A stretch of DNA of 49,974 bases from Patescibacteria group bacterium (GTDB lineage: Bacteria > Patescibacteriota > Minisyncoccia > Phycocordibacterales > Phycocordibacteraceae), in the NCBI GenBank assembly GCA_038064695.1, contig JBBTSO010000003.1, positions 1-49,974 of the forward strand. Reading direction: 5' to 3'. Positions 1-8,655 of the stretch are shown here, one piece after another; the stretch's first letter is position 1, and each line of letters begins with the position of its first letter. Both the position numbers and the translations under genes were made by a program. The notes below the pieces were generated by a model. That model searched no databases. It was not told where the DNA came from and was given only the letters and a program-made list of their open reading frames with translations.

Positions 1-1
1 G

Positions 2-1738
2 TGTGAGTGCGCCGTTTGAAATTTCAAACGCTTGGCCAAAAGAAGAGCCGCTGCCGGTGATACCCAATGATGACGTTGCCACGTTCACCCACGTGGTGCC
101 GTTATGAAGCAACACGTTACCGTACGCCGCTCCGGTCAGGGTTACATCAGAAAGATCATCAAGCGCTGAGGCACCCCCACCACCAATACCTGATGTTCCT
201 GAAATAGACCCTCCAATAATGGTCGCGTTCCTAATGGTAACCCCATCAAGATTTGAAATATCGTTCATCAGCTGGATAGCACGGTAGTTACCTGAAACAC
301 CGCGAACAGCACGAGCTGAGTAGAGATAAATCTCAGAACGTAATTCATTTTCCAATGCTTCAAGACGTTGTGTAAGGGTGTCATAACTGACCCCCGTTAC
401 CGTAACTCTTTCAGTAAGATTATTAATAACCGTTGTTGGTGTGTTAGTAATGATACGTTCAACGACGGAGGCAGGTGTCTCTGTCACGGGCACCACGGGT
501 GGAGTCTCTTCCGTAGAAAAAAGTGAGAGAAATGATTTTTGCAGTTGGTCATACCATGAAAACGACTGCACGTGTGATTGAGTCGTTGTCTTAATAGGTT
601 CAACAAACGTATCCGTCAAAGAAGAAGCGACTGCAGCAAAAAGATTTTCGTCAGGCATAGATGCCATGGCATGAACACCACGTATCGCCACATCAACGGA
701 ATGAAGAGACGAAAGCAGAGCCGACTCGAATGTTGCGCGCACTATATTTCCCGTAACACTCACACGCGCTGCGCTCTGTTCGATAAATAATTCATGTGCT
801 GCGAGTATTGTATGCGCGTAGTCAAGCAGTGTTATTCCTGTTTTTTTGTACAGTGTATGTGTGTCACGTACAAAAACGATGGTATCACTCAGCAATTCTT
901 CAGCAATGAGGTTTCGATCAAGCCAGAGCGTAGCGAGGTGTTCACTTAACGCATTGCGAGCAGAAATTCCTTTCACATAAAAATTGGCAACGTGCAGTCC
1001 CAGTGACTCGGTGAAATGTGGGAATGCATTCACTGACACCAGGTAGTGTTTAAAAAATGAATCTGAAAAAGCAGCAAACGCGAATGCGGTTTGTATACCG
1101 CGAGGAACAATCTCGTCAATTGAGTCAGCAATAAAATATTTCGGAGCCGACACAACTGAAACTTCAATGTGTGGTTCTGGCACTACCACCTGCAACAGTA
1201 TCGTTTGAGAGAGAGTTTTTAATTCAGTGACAGCGCGCTGTGTGCGACTCGCAATATCATGTGTTGTTTTTTCCAAAGAAGCACCGTTGGTTGTTACCGG
1301 TGGTTGTGGTGTGTACTTAAGAGGATGCGCAATGTGTTGCAGTGCTTTTTGGATTGGTTTGTATTGAACATACTGATACCCAGAAATAAAAGAAAATACA
1401 AAAACAGAAAGCCCCATCCCAATAACCAACATCCTGCCAAGAGTAGTTCCGTAGGCAGTCGCTACAGGTGGTGGTCGACTAATAACATGTGCAACTGATG
1501 ACTGGTACTCTTCTATACGCTCAGCCTTCAATTTAGAAATACGCGCATTTTCTTCTGTAATAATTTTTTGAACAAAAAGGTTTAACGAGTCTTCTTCAAC
1601 AAACCACAGTTTCCCTACTCTATGGGCAACAACCTTTGCCTCACGTGCAAGTTTGCTGATGTAGTCAGAAGAATACCCAAAAGACTCCGCAGCTTCCTTT
1701 GAGGAAAGAAATTTTTTGCCATTGATTATTTCGCTCAT
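2..1738 (-). CDS. Large membrane-anchored surface protein with N-terminal HTH_17/excisionase-like domain (partial, runs off left edge)
   Basis: Absent from ORF track because there is no stop in the window. Manual translation from ATG 1738: MSEIINGKKFLSSKEAAESFGYSSDYISKLAREAKVVAHRVGKLWFVEEDSL..., then a TM segment (MLVIGMGLSVFVFSFISGY), then Thr/Val/Gly-rich sequence ending ...LDDLSDVTLTGAAYGNVLLHNGTTWVNVATSSLG. Confidence 0.85.
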   Translation of the reverse strand, partial: MSEIINGKKFLSSKEAAESFGYSSDYISKLAREAKVVAHRVGKLWFVEEDSLNLFVQKIITEENARISKLKAERIEEYQSSVAHVISRPPPVATAYGTTLGRMLVIGMGLSVFVFSFISGYQYVQYKPIQKALQHIAHPLKYTPQPPVTTNGASLEKTTHDIASRTQRAVTELKTLSQTILLQVVVPEPHIEVSVVSAPKYFIADSIDEIVPRGIQTAFAFAAFSDSFFKHYLVSVNAFPHFTESLGLHVANFYVKGISARNALSEHLATLWLDRNLIAEELLSDTIVFVRDTHTLYKKTGITLLDYAHTILAAHELFIEQSAARVSVTGNIVRATFESALLSSLHSVDVAIRGVHAMASMPDENLFAAVASSLTDTFVEPIKTTTQSHVQSFSWYDQLQKSFLSLFSTEETPPVVPVTETPASVVERIITNTPTTVINNLTERVTVTGVSYDTLTQRLEALENELRSEIYLYSARAVRGVSGNYRAIQLMNDISNLDGVTIRNATIIGGSISGTSGIGGGGASALDDLSDVTLTGAAYGNVLLHNGTTWVNVATSSLGITGSGSSFGQAFEISNGALT

Positions 1739-1901
1739 GATGCCGAACTACTTAGAAGTATACTAGCTATTTCGGCAAATCATCTACAAAAATGTTTCAA
1801 GTTTTGTGTATAAGAAAAAGGAAAAATAAAATACCTATTTACTCTAAAAAGTATTAAAATTTAGCTGAATTAGTAGTCTTTATTACGTTAAAAATAAAAA
1901 A

Positions 1902-1925
1902 TAAATCTCGCTAAAGCGAGATTTA
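1902..1925 (-). terminator. Intrinsic terminator of the 1923..2768 gene
   Basis: TAAATCTCGC-TAAA-GCGAGATTTA perfect 10-bp stem followed by a T-run on the minus strand. Confidence 0.7.
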
Positions 1926-2768
1926 GAACAAATTCACTATAAAAGCTAGTCCAATTTCAAAAAAATTACTAGCGAAGTTAAAAAGAATAGCAAGAAAGTC
2001 TCCAATAAGAGCAACACCACCGACAAAGATAACAGCGAAGAACTCATATAGTAAAGAAAACTGATCTTCTAGGGCACCCGCAAAAGCAGCTTGATTCCCC
2101 AAATCTGCATACGTCCACTCGGACGGGGTGTAAAGACCAGAAAAAATAGCTACAAGAGCAAGAAAAACCCCTAACGCAGTCCCAAGGAGTGCATAATGGG
2201 AACTTAGAAGCAGTTTTGGTTTTTCTTCTTTTTTTGTTCGACTAACACTAACAACGGGTGCTCTTTCAAAATTTTTACGAACGGTCATCCCATCCATAGA
2301 CTTAACGTTGTTGTATGTTCTTTTATGTGAAGTAACTATGTTTTTCAACTTAATTTCTTTACTAGGTGATGAAATATTTACCTTGGATTCAGTTTTTATT
2401 ACAGGAATCAACTCTCGGTTATCCTCTAAATAGTTTACGGAACCCCAGGTGGTAAATGAGCTTTTTTGAACTCCTTGGGATTTTAATTGTTGAAGAGAGA
2501 AAAGGTTTTCTTTACGAGATTCAAGTATATGAGCACTAATTTCCTGCGACTTTTCTAAAATATGAGGTATAGATGCCGTGTCTTCTTGAACCTTACCTGC
2601 GTGTTTTAAAATTGCTTCTTGTTCCACATACCATGACCTCCCCACGCGAGTGGCTGGAACTTTGTTTCCTCGGGCAAGTTGTCCCACATAGTCTTTGGCG
2701 TAACCCGTGAGTTCAGATGCTCGTTTAGACGAGATATATTTTTTACCTTGTAAATCAAGCTCATCCAT
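1923..2768 (-). CDS. HTH_17-domain membrane protein
   Basis: N-terminus KKYISSKRASELTGYAKDYVGQLARGNKVPATRVGRSWYV; hydrophobic C-terminal helices; TATACT 6 nt before ATG. Confidence 0.8.
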   Translation of the reverse strand: MDELDLQGKKYISSKRASELTGYAKDYVGQLARGNKVPATRVGRSWYVEQEAILKHAGKVQEDTASIPHILEKSQEISAHILESRKENLFSLQQLKSQGVQKSSFTTWGSVNYLEDNRELIPVIKTESKVNISSPSKEIKLKNIVTSHKRTYNNVKSMDGMTVRKNFERAPVVSVSRTKKEEKPKLLLSSHYALLGTALGVFLALVAIFSGLYTPSEWTYADLGNQAAFAGALEDQFSLLYEFFAVIFVGGVALIGDFLAILFNFASNFFEIGLAFIVNLF

Positions 2769-2858
2769 AGACTCAGTATAGTGACCAAACTAACAAAGGG
2801 AAAGGAAAAAGGACGTATCAGTGGGGATATAGTTTTTTATGAAATAAGGAAAAACTAA

Positions 2859-4289
2859 CTACAAACCTAATTCACTCTTTATGAGTTCAGCGAGTTCTTT
2901 TGGATTTGCTGATCCTTTTGATTTCTTCATCCCCTGCCCTACCAAAAACTGCAAAGCGCTCTCTTTACCGGCCTTTAAGTCAGCCACTACAGCAGGATTT
3001 TCAGATACTACCTCCTCTGCATATGTCTTTAACTGGGCAATATCGTGTACTTGTAAAAATCCTTTGCTTTTTGCAACATCCAATGGACGGCCACCTTCTT
3101 TCGCAATAACCGCAAGAACCTCTTTCGCTCCCCGTGAAGAGAGTTGATTACTCTCAACAAGCTCTACAAGCTCAAAAAAGACCCCACCAGCAAATTTATC
3201 GAGCGAATCTGCATAAGCGCCCCGCACATCAGAAAGAAGGTAATTTGAAGCAATTTTGATTTTATTTTTATCAGTCGTTTTAGCGAGCACTTCCTGGTCA
3301 AAAAATGTAGCGAACGAGAAGTCAAAAACAAGCATCTCGGCATCGCTGTTTTTTACACCAAGAGCAATGTAACGTTCTCGTTTTTGTGCAGGGAGTTCAG
3401 GAAGCGAACTAACTATATTTTTAAGCGTAAATTCAGGAATACGAGAAAGGTAAAGTTTTGGTAAGTCGGGATCAGGAAAGTACCGGTAATCCTGTGAATT
3501 CTCTTTCAGGCGCTGCGAGAACGTTTTTTGCTTTGTTTCGTCCCACCCTCTTGTTTCTTGTACTATCTGTTCTCTTTTCTCTAGCAATGTTATATGTCGA
3601 GCTACCTCATATTCAATTGCTTTTTCAACCGATTTAAAGGAATTTAAATTTTTTACTTCTACTTTAGTGCCAAATACAGCGCTATCTTGGCTTACCGAGA
3701 TATTTGCTTCAACGCGCATTTCACCTTTTTCCATATTGGCATCAGATGCACCGAGGGTGCGTAAGAGAAGTTGAAGCTCCTGCGCAAAGAGCGCGGCTGT
3801 TTTTGCATCATGTATTACCGGCTCAGTGACTAACTCCATTAGGGGGACTCCAGCGCGGTTGTAATCAACAAGACTCCACTCATCACCCCCCTCCTTGTCG
3901 GAGAGGTGTTGGCTCCTTGCTGAGTCTTCTTCTAAATGTATTCGCGTGAGTGCCACATCTCTTAACATACCTCCAACTACCAAGGGAAACTTGTATTGGC
4001 TCAACTGGTACCCTTTTGGAAGATCAGGATAGAAATAATTTTTTCTATCAAACTCGGTAAAGTCGGCAAGCGCTCCATTAACCGCCGCCCCTACGCGGAG
4101 CACGTGGTGTACTGCTTTTTTATTGATCACCGGAAGCGTTCCTGGGTACGCCATGCAGACAGGGCAGATGTGGGTATTTGGTTGTGCGGCATGTGGGTCG
4201 TTTTTTGACCGGCAGAACATTTTAGTTTCTGTCTTTAACTCCGCATGCACTTCGAGTCCAACGGTGGTTATGTAGGGTTTTGAGGTCAT
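2859..4289 (-). CDS. gatB: Asp-tRNA(Asn)/Glu-tRNA(Gln) amidotransferase subunit B
   Basis: VGLEVHAEL, FDRKNYFYPDLPKGYQ, RIHLEED, DYNRAGVPLMELVTEP, DYRYFPDPDL motifs. Confidence 0.98.
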   Translation of the reverse strand: MTSKPYITTVGLEVHAELKTETKMFCRSKNDPHAAQPNTHICPVCMAYPGTLPVINKKAVHHVLRVGAAVNGALADFTEFDRKNYFYPDLPKGYQLSQYKFPLVVGGMLRDVALTRIHLEEDSARSQHLSDKEGGDEWSLVDYNRAGVPLMELVTEPVIHDAKTAALFAQELQLLLRTLGASDANMEKGEMRVEANISVSQDSAVFGTKVEVKNLNSFKSVEKAIEYEVARHITLLEKREQIVQETRGWDETKQKTFSQRLKENSQDYRYFPDPDLPKLYLSRIPEFTLKNIVSSLPELPAQKRERYIALGVKNSDAEMLVFDFSFATFFDQEVLAKTTDKNKIKIASNYLLSDVRGAYADSLDKFAGGVFFELVELVESNQLSSRGAKEVLAVIAKEGGRPLDVAKSKGFLQVHDIAQLKTYAEEVVSENPAVVADLKAGKESALQFLVGQGMKKSKGSANPKELAELIKSELGL

Positions 4290-4359
4290 CAAAATAAGTA
4301 TACCCTGCGGAGATAAAAAATACAGAGTGTGCTCGCTCTCCCCCGTACCGCCCCATTCT

Positions 4360-5331
4360 TTAGTGGTTTTTCAAAAAGTGAATGAGTGAATCTTGGGCTA
4401 ACTTTAGTAGTTCATCATCAAGGATAGAAACAGGGACTACGGTGGGATTTACTTGTTTTAGTTCTTCAATTTTTTTTACTCTTTCTTCAGATGATATTTC
4501 ATCCACTTTAGTCAGAAAAATAATTTCTGGTTTTTGTGCCACGACTTCATCGTACCGAGAAAGTTCTTGGCGAACGGTGGTGTACGCGCCAACCACATCA
4601 GCGTGTTCAGATGAAACACAGTGGAGTAACACGCGCGTTCTTCGTATGTGTCGTAAAAACTGGTGCCCTAATCCCTTCCCTTCTGACGCGCCCTCAATGA
4701 GTCCCGGAATATCGGCGAGTACATATCCAAACAACGCGCCGAGACTTGGTTCAAGCGTGGTAAATGCGTAGGACGCAACTTTTGTATTTTTCTTGGTGAA
4801 CGCATTCAAGAGACTGGATTTCCCTGCGTTTGGTTCCCCAATGAGACCAACGTCGGCAATCAACTGTACTTCAACGTACAGTGTTCCAAATTCTCCCTGG
4901 TCTCCTTTCGTCGCACGCTCCGGATATTGATTTACTGATGATTTAAAACGCGCGTTTCCTAAACCTCCTTTTCCTCCTTTAAAAACAACAATCTCCTCAC
5001 CCTCTTCAAGAATTTCGTACACTGCGCCCGACTCTTTATGAACCACGCGAGAACCAACAGGAAGATCAATAAAAACGGGTACTCCGTTTTTCCCTTCCAT
5101 TTCGTTTCTAAACCCGTCTTCACCGCGTCCCGCTTCAAACACGGAGCGCCCACGGTACCGAGCCAAAATATTTAAATCTCTCACCCCGCGGAGTACCACG
5201 TCGCCACCCTTGCCTCCGTTTCCTCCTGAAGGCCCTCCAAACTCCTTCCCTTTTAAGTGAAGCCAACGAACGACACCGTCACCACCCTTGCCGGCTTTTG
5301 CCCGTACTGTAATTTCATCAACAAACGACAT
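4360..5331 (-). CDS. obgE: GTPase ObgE/CgtA
   Basis: FVDE start, Gly-rich Obg fold, GEPNAGKS, YAFTT, DIPGLIEGA..G.GLG..FLRHI. Confidence 0.97.
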   Translation of the reverse strand: MSFVDEITVRAKAGKGGDGVVRWLHLKGKEFGGPSGGNGGKGGDVVLRGVRDLNILARYRGRSVFEAGRGEDGFRNEMEGKNGVPVFIDLPVGSRVVHKESGAVYEILEEGEEIVVFKGGKGGLGNARFKSSVNQYPERATKGDQGEFGTLYVEVQLIADVGLIGEPNAGKSSLLNAFTKKNTKVASYAFTTLEPSLGALFGYVLADIPGLIEGASEGKGLGHQFLRHIRRTRVLLHCVSSEHADVVGAYTTVRQELSRYDEVVAQKPEIIFLTKVDEISSEERVKKIEELKQVNPTVVPVSILDDELLKLAQDSLIHFLKNH

Positions 5332-5337
5332 GCGTGC

Positions 5338-5670
5338 CTAAAAAAATAAATCTAAAATCCACAACACTGCTGAAATTAAGAGCGCGCCGAGGAGCGCGGG
5401 AACAAAACCTTCTACTGAAAAACCTTGCACAAAACTCGCGATAAACAAAAGGAACGCGGCATTCACCACAAAGGTAAAAAGCCCGAGGGTGAGCACCTGA
5501 AGTGGAAGTGCAATTAACAGTACGAGGGGTTTGAGCGTAATGTTGATAACACCGAGAATAATTGCGGCAATAGCCGCCGCGTAAAATGTTTCAACCACAA
5601 AGCCTTGAATAAGGTACGTGGCGAGCAGTAACGCAAAAACGGTACCTAAGAAGCGGGCAATGAGATTCAT
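5338..5670 (-). CDS. 4-TM phage-holin-family (YvlD-like) membrane protein
   Basis: LKPLVLLIALPLQVLTLGLFTFVVNA signature; start MNLIAR has TATAGT 7 nt upstream. Confidence 0.85.
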   Translation of the reverse strand: MNLIARFLGTVFALLLATYLIQGFVVETFYAAAIAAIILGVINITLKPLVLLIALPLQVLTLGLFTFVVNAAFLLFIASFVQGFSVEGFVPALLGALLISAVLWILDLFF

Positions 5671-5708
5671 ACCTCCAACTATACAATAAAAAGAAACGAA
5701 TGGACAGC

Positions 5709-8195
5709 CTACGCTTTTTCGTTGTGGTGTACCATCGTCCACCCTTCAGCAAGCAGGGCTTCTGCTTTTTTAAATTTCATCTGCTTTGTTTCCGTGCCAT
5801 TGGTGATAGTGACCATATCGTTTCTTCCCGCTTTTTTACTACTGCCATCAGTAGAAATCACCAACGGTTGCACGCGAACAGGCTCTGCTCCAATACGTTC
5901 TACCGCGCGCGCCACAAACTGCGCGAGGCTTAATTCTAGATTTTTAAAGAGGCGGAGACCTTCTTTGCGGTACTCAATAAAGGGGTCTCTCCCACCGTAC
6001 GAGCGAAGGTTAACCGATGAGCGCAGGTAGTCCATTGTTTCCAAATGTTCTATCCATAGAAGATCAAATGCCTGCAACAAAGTTCGGCGAACTGCTTCTC
6101 CAAAAACCTCTTCTCCGAGTGTTTTTTCTTTTGTGTCATATGCTGTCTCGTCCCCCTCCCCTTCCGCAACCAAAGTACGCGCGATAGCAATAACGTCGTG
6201 TGCAGTGCCTTCAAGAACCGCCCTTCGTCTGCCGTACATAGTTTGTCGTTGGTGGTTGAGTACGTCGTCAAACCCCAGTACGTGCTTGCGGGAATCAAAG
6301 TTCACGCCTTCAATTTTTTCTTGCGCGCTTTCAAGCGAACGCGTAATAATGCGATTTTGAATTGGCTCATCTTCTGGAATGCCGAGCCGCCCCATGAGAC
6401 TCTTCACGGTTGCGGAAGCAAAAATGCGCATCAGTTTATCTTCTAGGGAAACAAAAAATTGAGTCTCTCCGGGGTCACCCTGACGCCCCGCACGACCTCG
6501 GAGTTGGTTATCAATACGGCGCGCGTCGTGTCTCTCTGTTCCAATGACATACAACCCCCCTACCTCGCGCACGAAAGCTGCATCCTCTGCGGTGGTGGGA
6601 TTCCCGCCCAATTTAATGTCAACACCTCTCCCCGCCATGTTTGTTGCAACGGTTACGGCACCTTTTTTACCTGCCTGGGCAATAATTTCTCCTTCCTGCT
6701 CGTGATTTTTTGCGTTCAACATCTGGTACGGAATTCCTGCATGACGAAACGCTCCCGCAAGGCGTTCGTTTACTTCAATAGACGTAGTACCAACCAAAAC
6801 CGGCTGCCCCTTTTCATGGCGAGTGCGTACCTCTTTGACAAGAGCAGAAAATTTTCCTTGTTCTGTTTGAAATATCAAATCATCCTTATCAATACGCTGA
6901 ATCGTTTTATTAGTAGGAATAGAAACGACATCAAGGTTATACACCGACGCAAATTCTTCTTGGCTCGTGAGACCAGTTCCGGTCATACCGGCCGTCTTTT
7001 CATACATTCTGAAATAATTTTGAAAGGTAACGCTTGCGTACGTTTGGCTCTCTCTTTGGATGGGAAGCCCCTCTTTGGCTTCAATGGCTTGGTGCAATCC
7101 TTCAGACCAACGCCTCCCCGGTTGCAGTCGCCCCGTAAATTCATCCACAATCACAATGCCTCCTTCTTTGACCACATACTCCTTATCTTTGTGAAAAAGC
7201 GCGCGCGCCTTCACTGCCGCATCAAGGTGGTGAACATACTTCATCCCGCCCTCCACGTACATATTTTCAATCTTGAGCGCGCGCTCAGCTTTTTCAATGC
7301 CTTTTTCTGTAATTTGAACCGCGCGCTGTTTTTCGTCTACGGTGTAGTCCACCTCAGCTTCAAATGAAGAGGCAATAGTGGCGAACGTATAGTATAAATC
7401 CTCAGCATCACGCGCAGGGCCAGAAATAATAAGCGGAGTGCGCGCTTCATCGATTAAAATAGAGTCAACTTCGTCAATGATGGCGAAAGAGTGCCCCCCT
7501 TCATCTTTTGAGCGTTGTCGTAACTCTTCTTTTCTATAGACCAGGTTGTCACGGAGATAATCAAAACCGAACTCGTTATTCGTTCCGTACGTTATATCTG
7601 CGCGGTACGCTTCACTTCGTGAAGCGGGACGTAAAAATTCATACACCACTTTATACCCTCCTTCTTCATCCCGTGTTTCATCGTCCGCTGGCTTGGTGTG
7701 TGATGGATCGTAAAGATACGATGATTCGTGGTTAATGACACCAACGGTGAGCCCGAGCGCGTGATAAATCTGTCCCATCCACACCGCATCACGTCGAGCG
7801 AGGTAGTCGTTCACCGTAATGACATGCACCCCTTTTCCTGGGAGCGCGTTCACGTACGCGGGGAGCGTGGCAACGAGTGTCTTCCCTTCTCCTGTCCTCA
7901 TTTCGGCAATACCGCGATGGTGGAGCACATATCCCCCAATAAGCTGCACGTCGTAATGCCTCTCTCCTAAGGTGCGGCGCGACGCTTCACGAACGGCTGC
8001 AAATGCTTCAACGAGCACACTCTCAAGCGGCTCGCCCTTTCCGAGACGCTCTTTAAAGGCGAGCGTTTTTGCACGAAGTGCCTCGTCAGAAAGCTCTTTA
8101 TATGACTGCTCAAGCGCGTTAACTTGCGGCACTATCTTTTGCCCCTGCTTTAAGAGGGGGCTCTGAGACTGAATAAAAGAAGATAAAAACTTCAT
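5709..8195 (-). CDS. secA: Preprotein translocase ATPase SecA
   Basis: MRTGEGKT, VITVNDYLA, IIDEVDSILIDEARTPLIIS, ATNMAGRG, QLRGRAGRQGDPG. Confidence 0.99.
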   Translation of the reverse strand: MKFLSSFIQSQSPLLKQGQKIVPQVNALEQSYKELSDEALRAKTLAFKERLGKGEPLESVLVEAFAAVREASRRTLGERHYDVQLIGGYVLHHRGIAEMRTGEGKTLVATLPAYVNALPGKGVHVITVNDYLARRDAVWMGQIYHALGLTVGVINHESSYLYDPSHTKPADDETRDEEGGYKVVYEFLRPASRSEAYRADITYGTNNEFGFDYLRDNLVYRKEELRQRSKDEGGHSFAIIDEVDSILIDEARTPLIISGPARDAEDLYYTFATIASSFEAEVDYTVDEKQRAVQITEKGIEKAERALKIENMYVEGGMKYVHHLDAAVKARALFHKDKEYVVKEGGIVIVDEFTGRLQPGRRWSEGLHQAIEAKEGLPIQRESQTYASVTFQNYFRMYEKTAGMTGTGLTSQEEFASVYNLDVVSIPTNKTIQRIDKDDLIFQTEQGKFSALVKEVRTRHEKGQPVLVGTTSIEVNERLAGAFRHAGIPYQMLNAKNHEQEGEIIAQAGKKGAVTVATNMAGRGVDIKLGGNPTTAEDAAFVREVGGLYVIGTERHDARRIDNQLRGRAGRQGDPGETQFFVSLEDKLMRIFASATVKSLMGRLGIPEDEPIQNRIITRSLESAQEKIEGVNFDSRKHVLGFDDVLNHQRQTMYGRRRAVLEGTAHDVIAIARTLVAEGEGDETAYDTKEKTLGEEVFGEAVRRTLLQAFDLLWIEHLETMDYLRSSVNLRSYGGRDPFIEYRKEGLRLFKNLELSLAQFVARAVERIGAEPVRVQPLVISTDGSSKKAGRNDMVTITNGTETKQMKFKKAEALLAEGWTMVHHNEKA

Positions 8196-8291
8196 TGTGT
8201 AAACCAGTATACCCTGTACCCCCCTAGGAGGACTAGGTGCCCTAAAAAATAAAAACCGTTAACACCCCACACTCGCCTCTACATCGGTAAT

Positions 8292-8321
8292 AAAAACACC
8301 CCGAGCAGCCGAGGTGTTTTT
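8292..8321 (-). terminator. Intrinsic terminator of the histone-like gene
   Basis: Minus strand AAAAACACCTCGG-CTGC-TCGGGGTGTTTTT. Confidence 0.7.
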
Positions 8322-8338
8322 AAATTCGCACGGAAAAA

Positions 8339-8461
8339 CTATTTTCTTTTCTTTGCAGCTTTTCTTTTTGCTGGTTTACGCTTTGCAGCTTTTTTAGCTG
8401 GTTTACGCTTTGCAGCTTTTTTAGCTGGTTTACGCTTTGCAGCTTTTCTTTTCTTTGCCAT
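8339..8461 (-). CDS. Histone H1-like small basic protein (40 aa)
   Basis: Manual translation MAKKRKAAKRKPAKKAAKRKPAKKAAKRKPAKRKAAKKRK*; 27-nt tandem repeats; has its own terminator. Confidence 0.85.
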   Translation of the reverse strand: MAKKRKAAKRKPAKKAAKRKPAKKAAKRKPAKRKAAKKRK

Positions 8462-8492
8462 ATGACGTCAAGAAATTTTTATTAAGAATAAG

Positions 8493-8557
8493 ACTTGCAT
8501 GCTTTGAAACGCTCGACCCAACACCTGTGTGCTGTTGTGGTGCGTTGCAATACAAGC
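8493..8557 (-). promoter_or_regulatory. Long hairpin in the 5' leader of the histone-like gene
   Basis: GCTTGTAT/ATGCAAGT, TGCAACGC/GCGTTTCA, ACCACAACA/TGTTGGGT helices; CATAAT -10-like box at 8565-8570. Confidence 0.5.
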
Positions 8558-8655
8558 TATTTTTATTATGCGACGTCTTTCAATACTCACAACAATAAAA
8601 AAAAGTATTTGTGGATAACCTTATCGCGAACAAAAAAATAATTTCTGAGAAAAAA

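Noticed and set aside
5338-5670. Holin-family gene as evidence of a prophage
   Set aside because: YvlD-like family is common in chromosomes; it is flanked by secA and obgE with no phage genes
6459-7367. 302-aa plus-strand ORF and the many other antisense ORFs in the track
   Set aside because: Shadows of well-supported genes on the opposite strand (here secA)
8339-8461. 27-nt repeats as a CRISPR array
   Set aside because: Contiguous in-frame coding repeats with no spacers and no cas genes in the window
8610-8618. Perfect DnaA box TTATCCACA (another TTATACACA at 1805-1813) as oriC
   Set aside because: Isolated single boxes, no cluster and no dnaA/dnaN nearby
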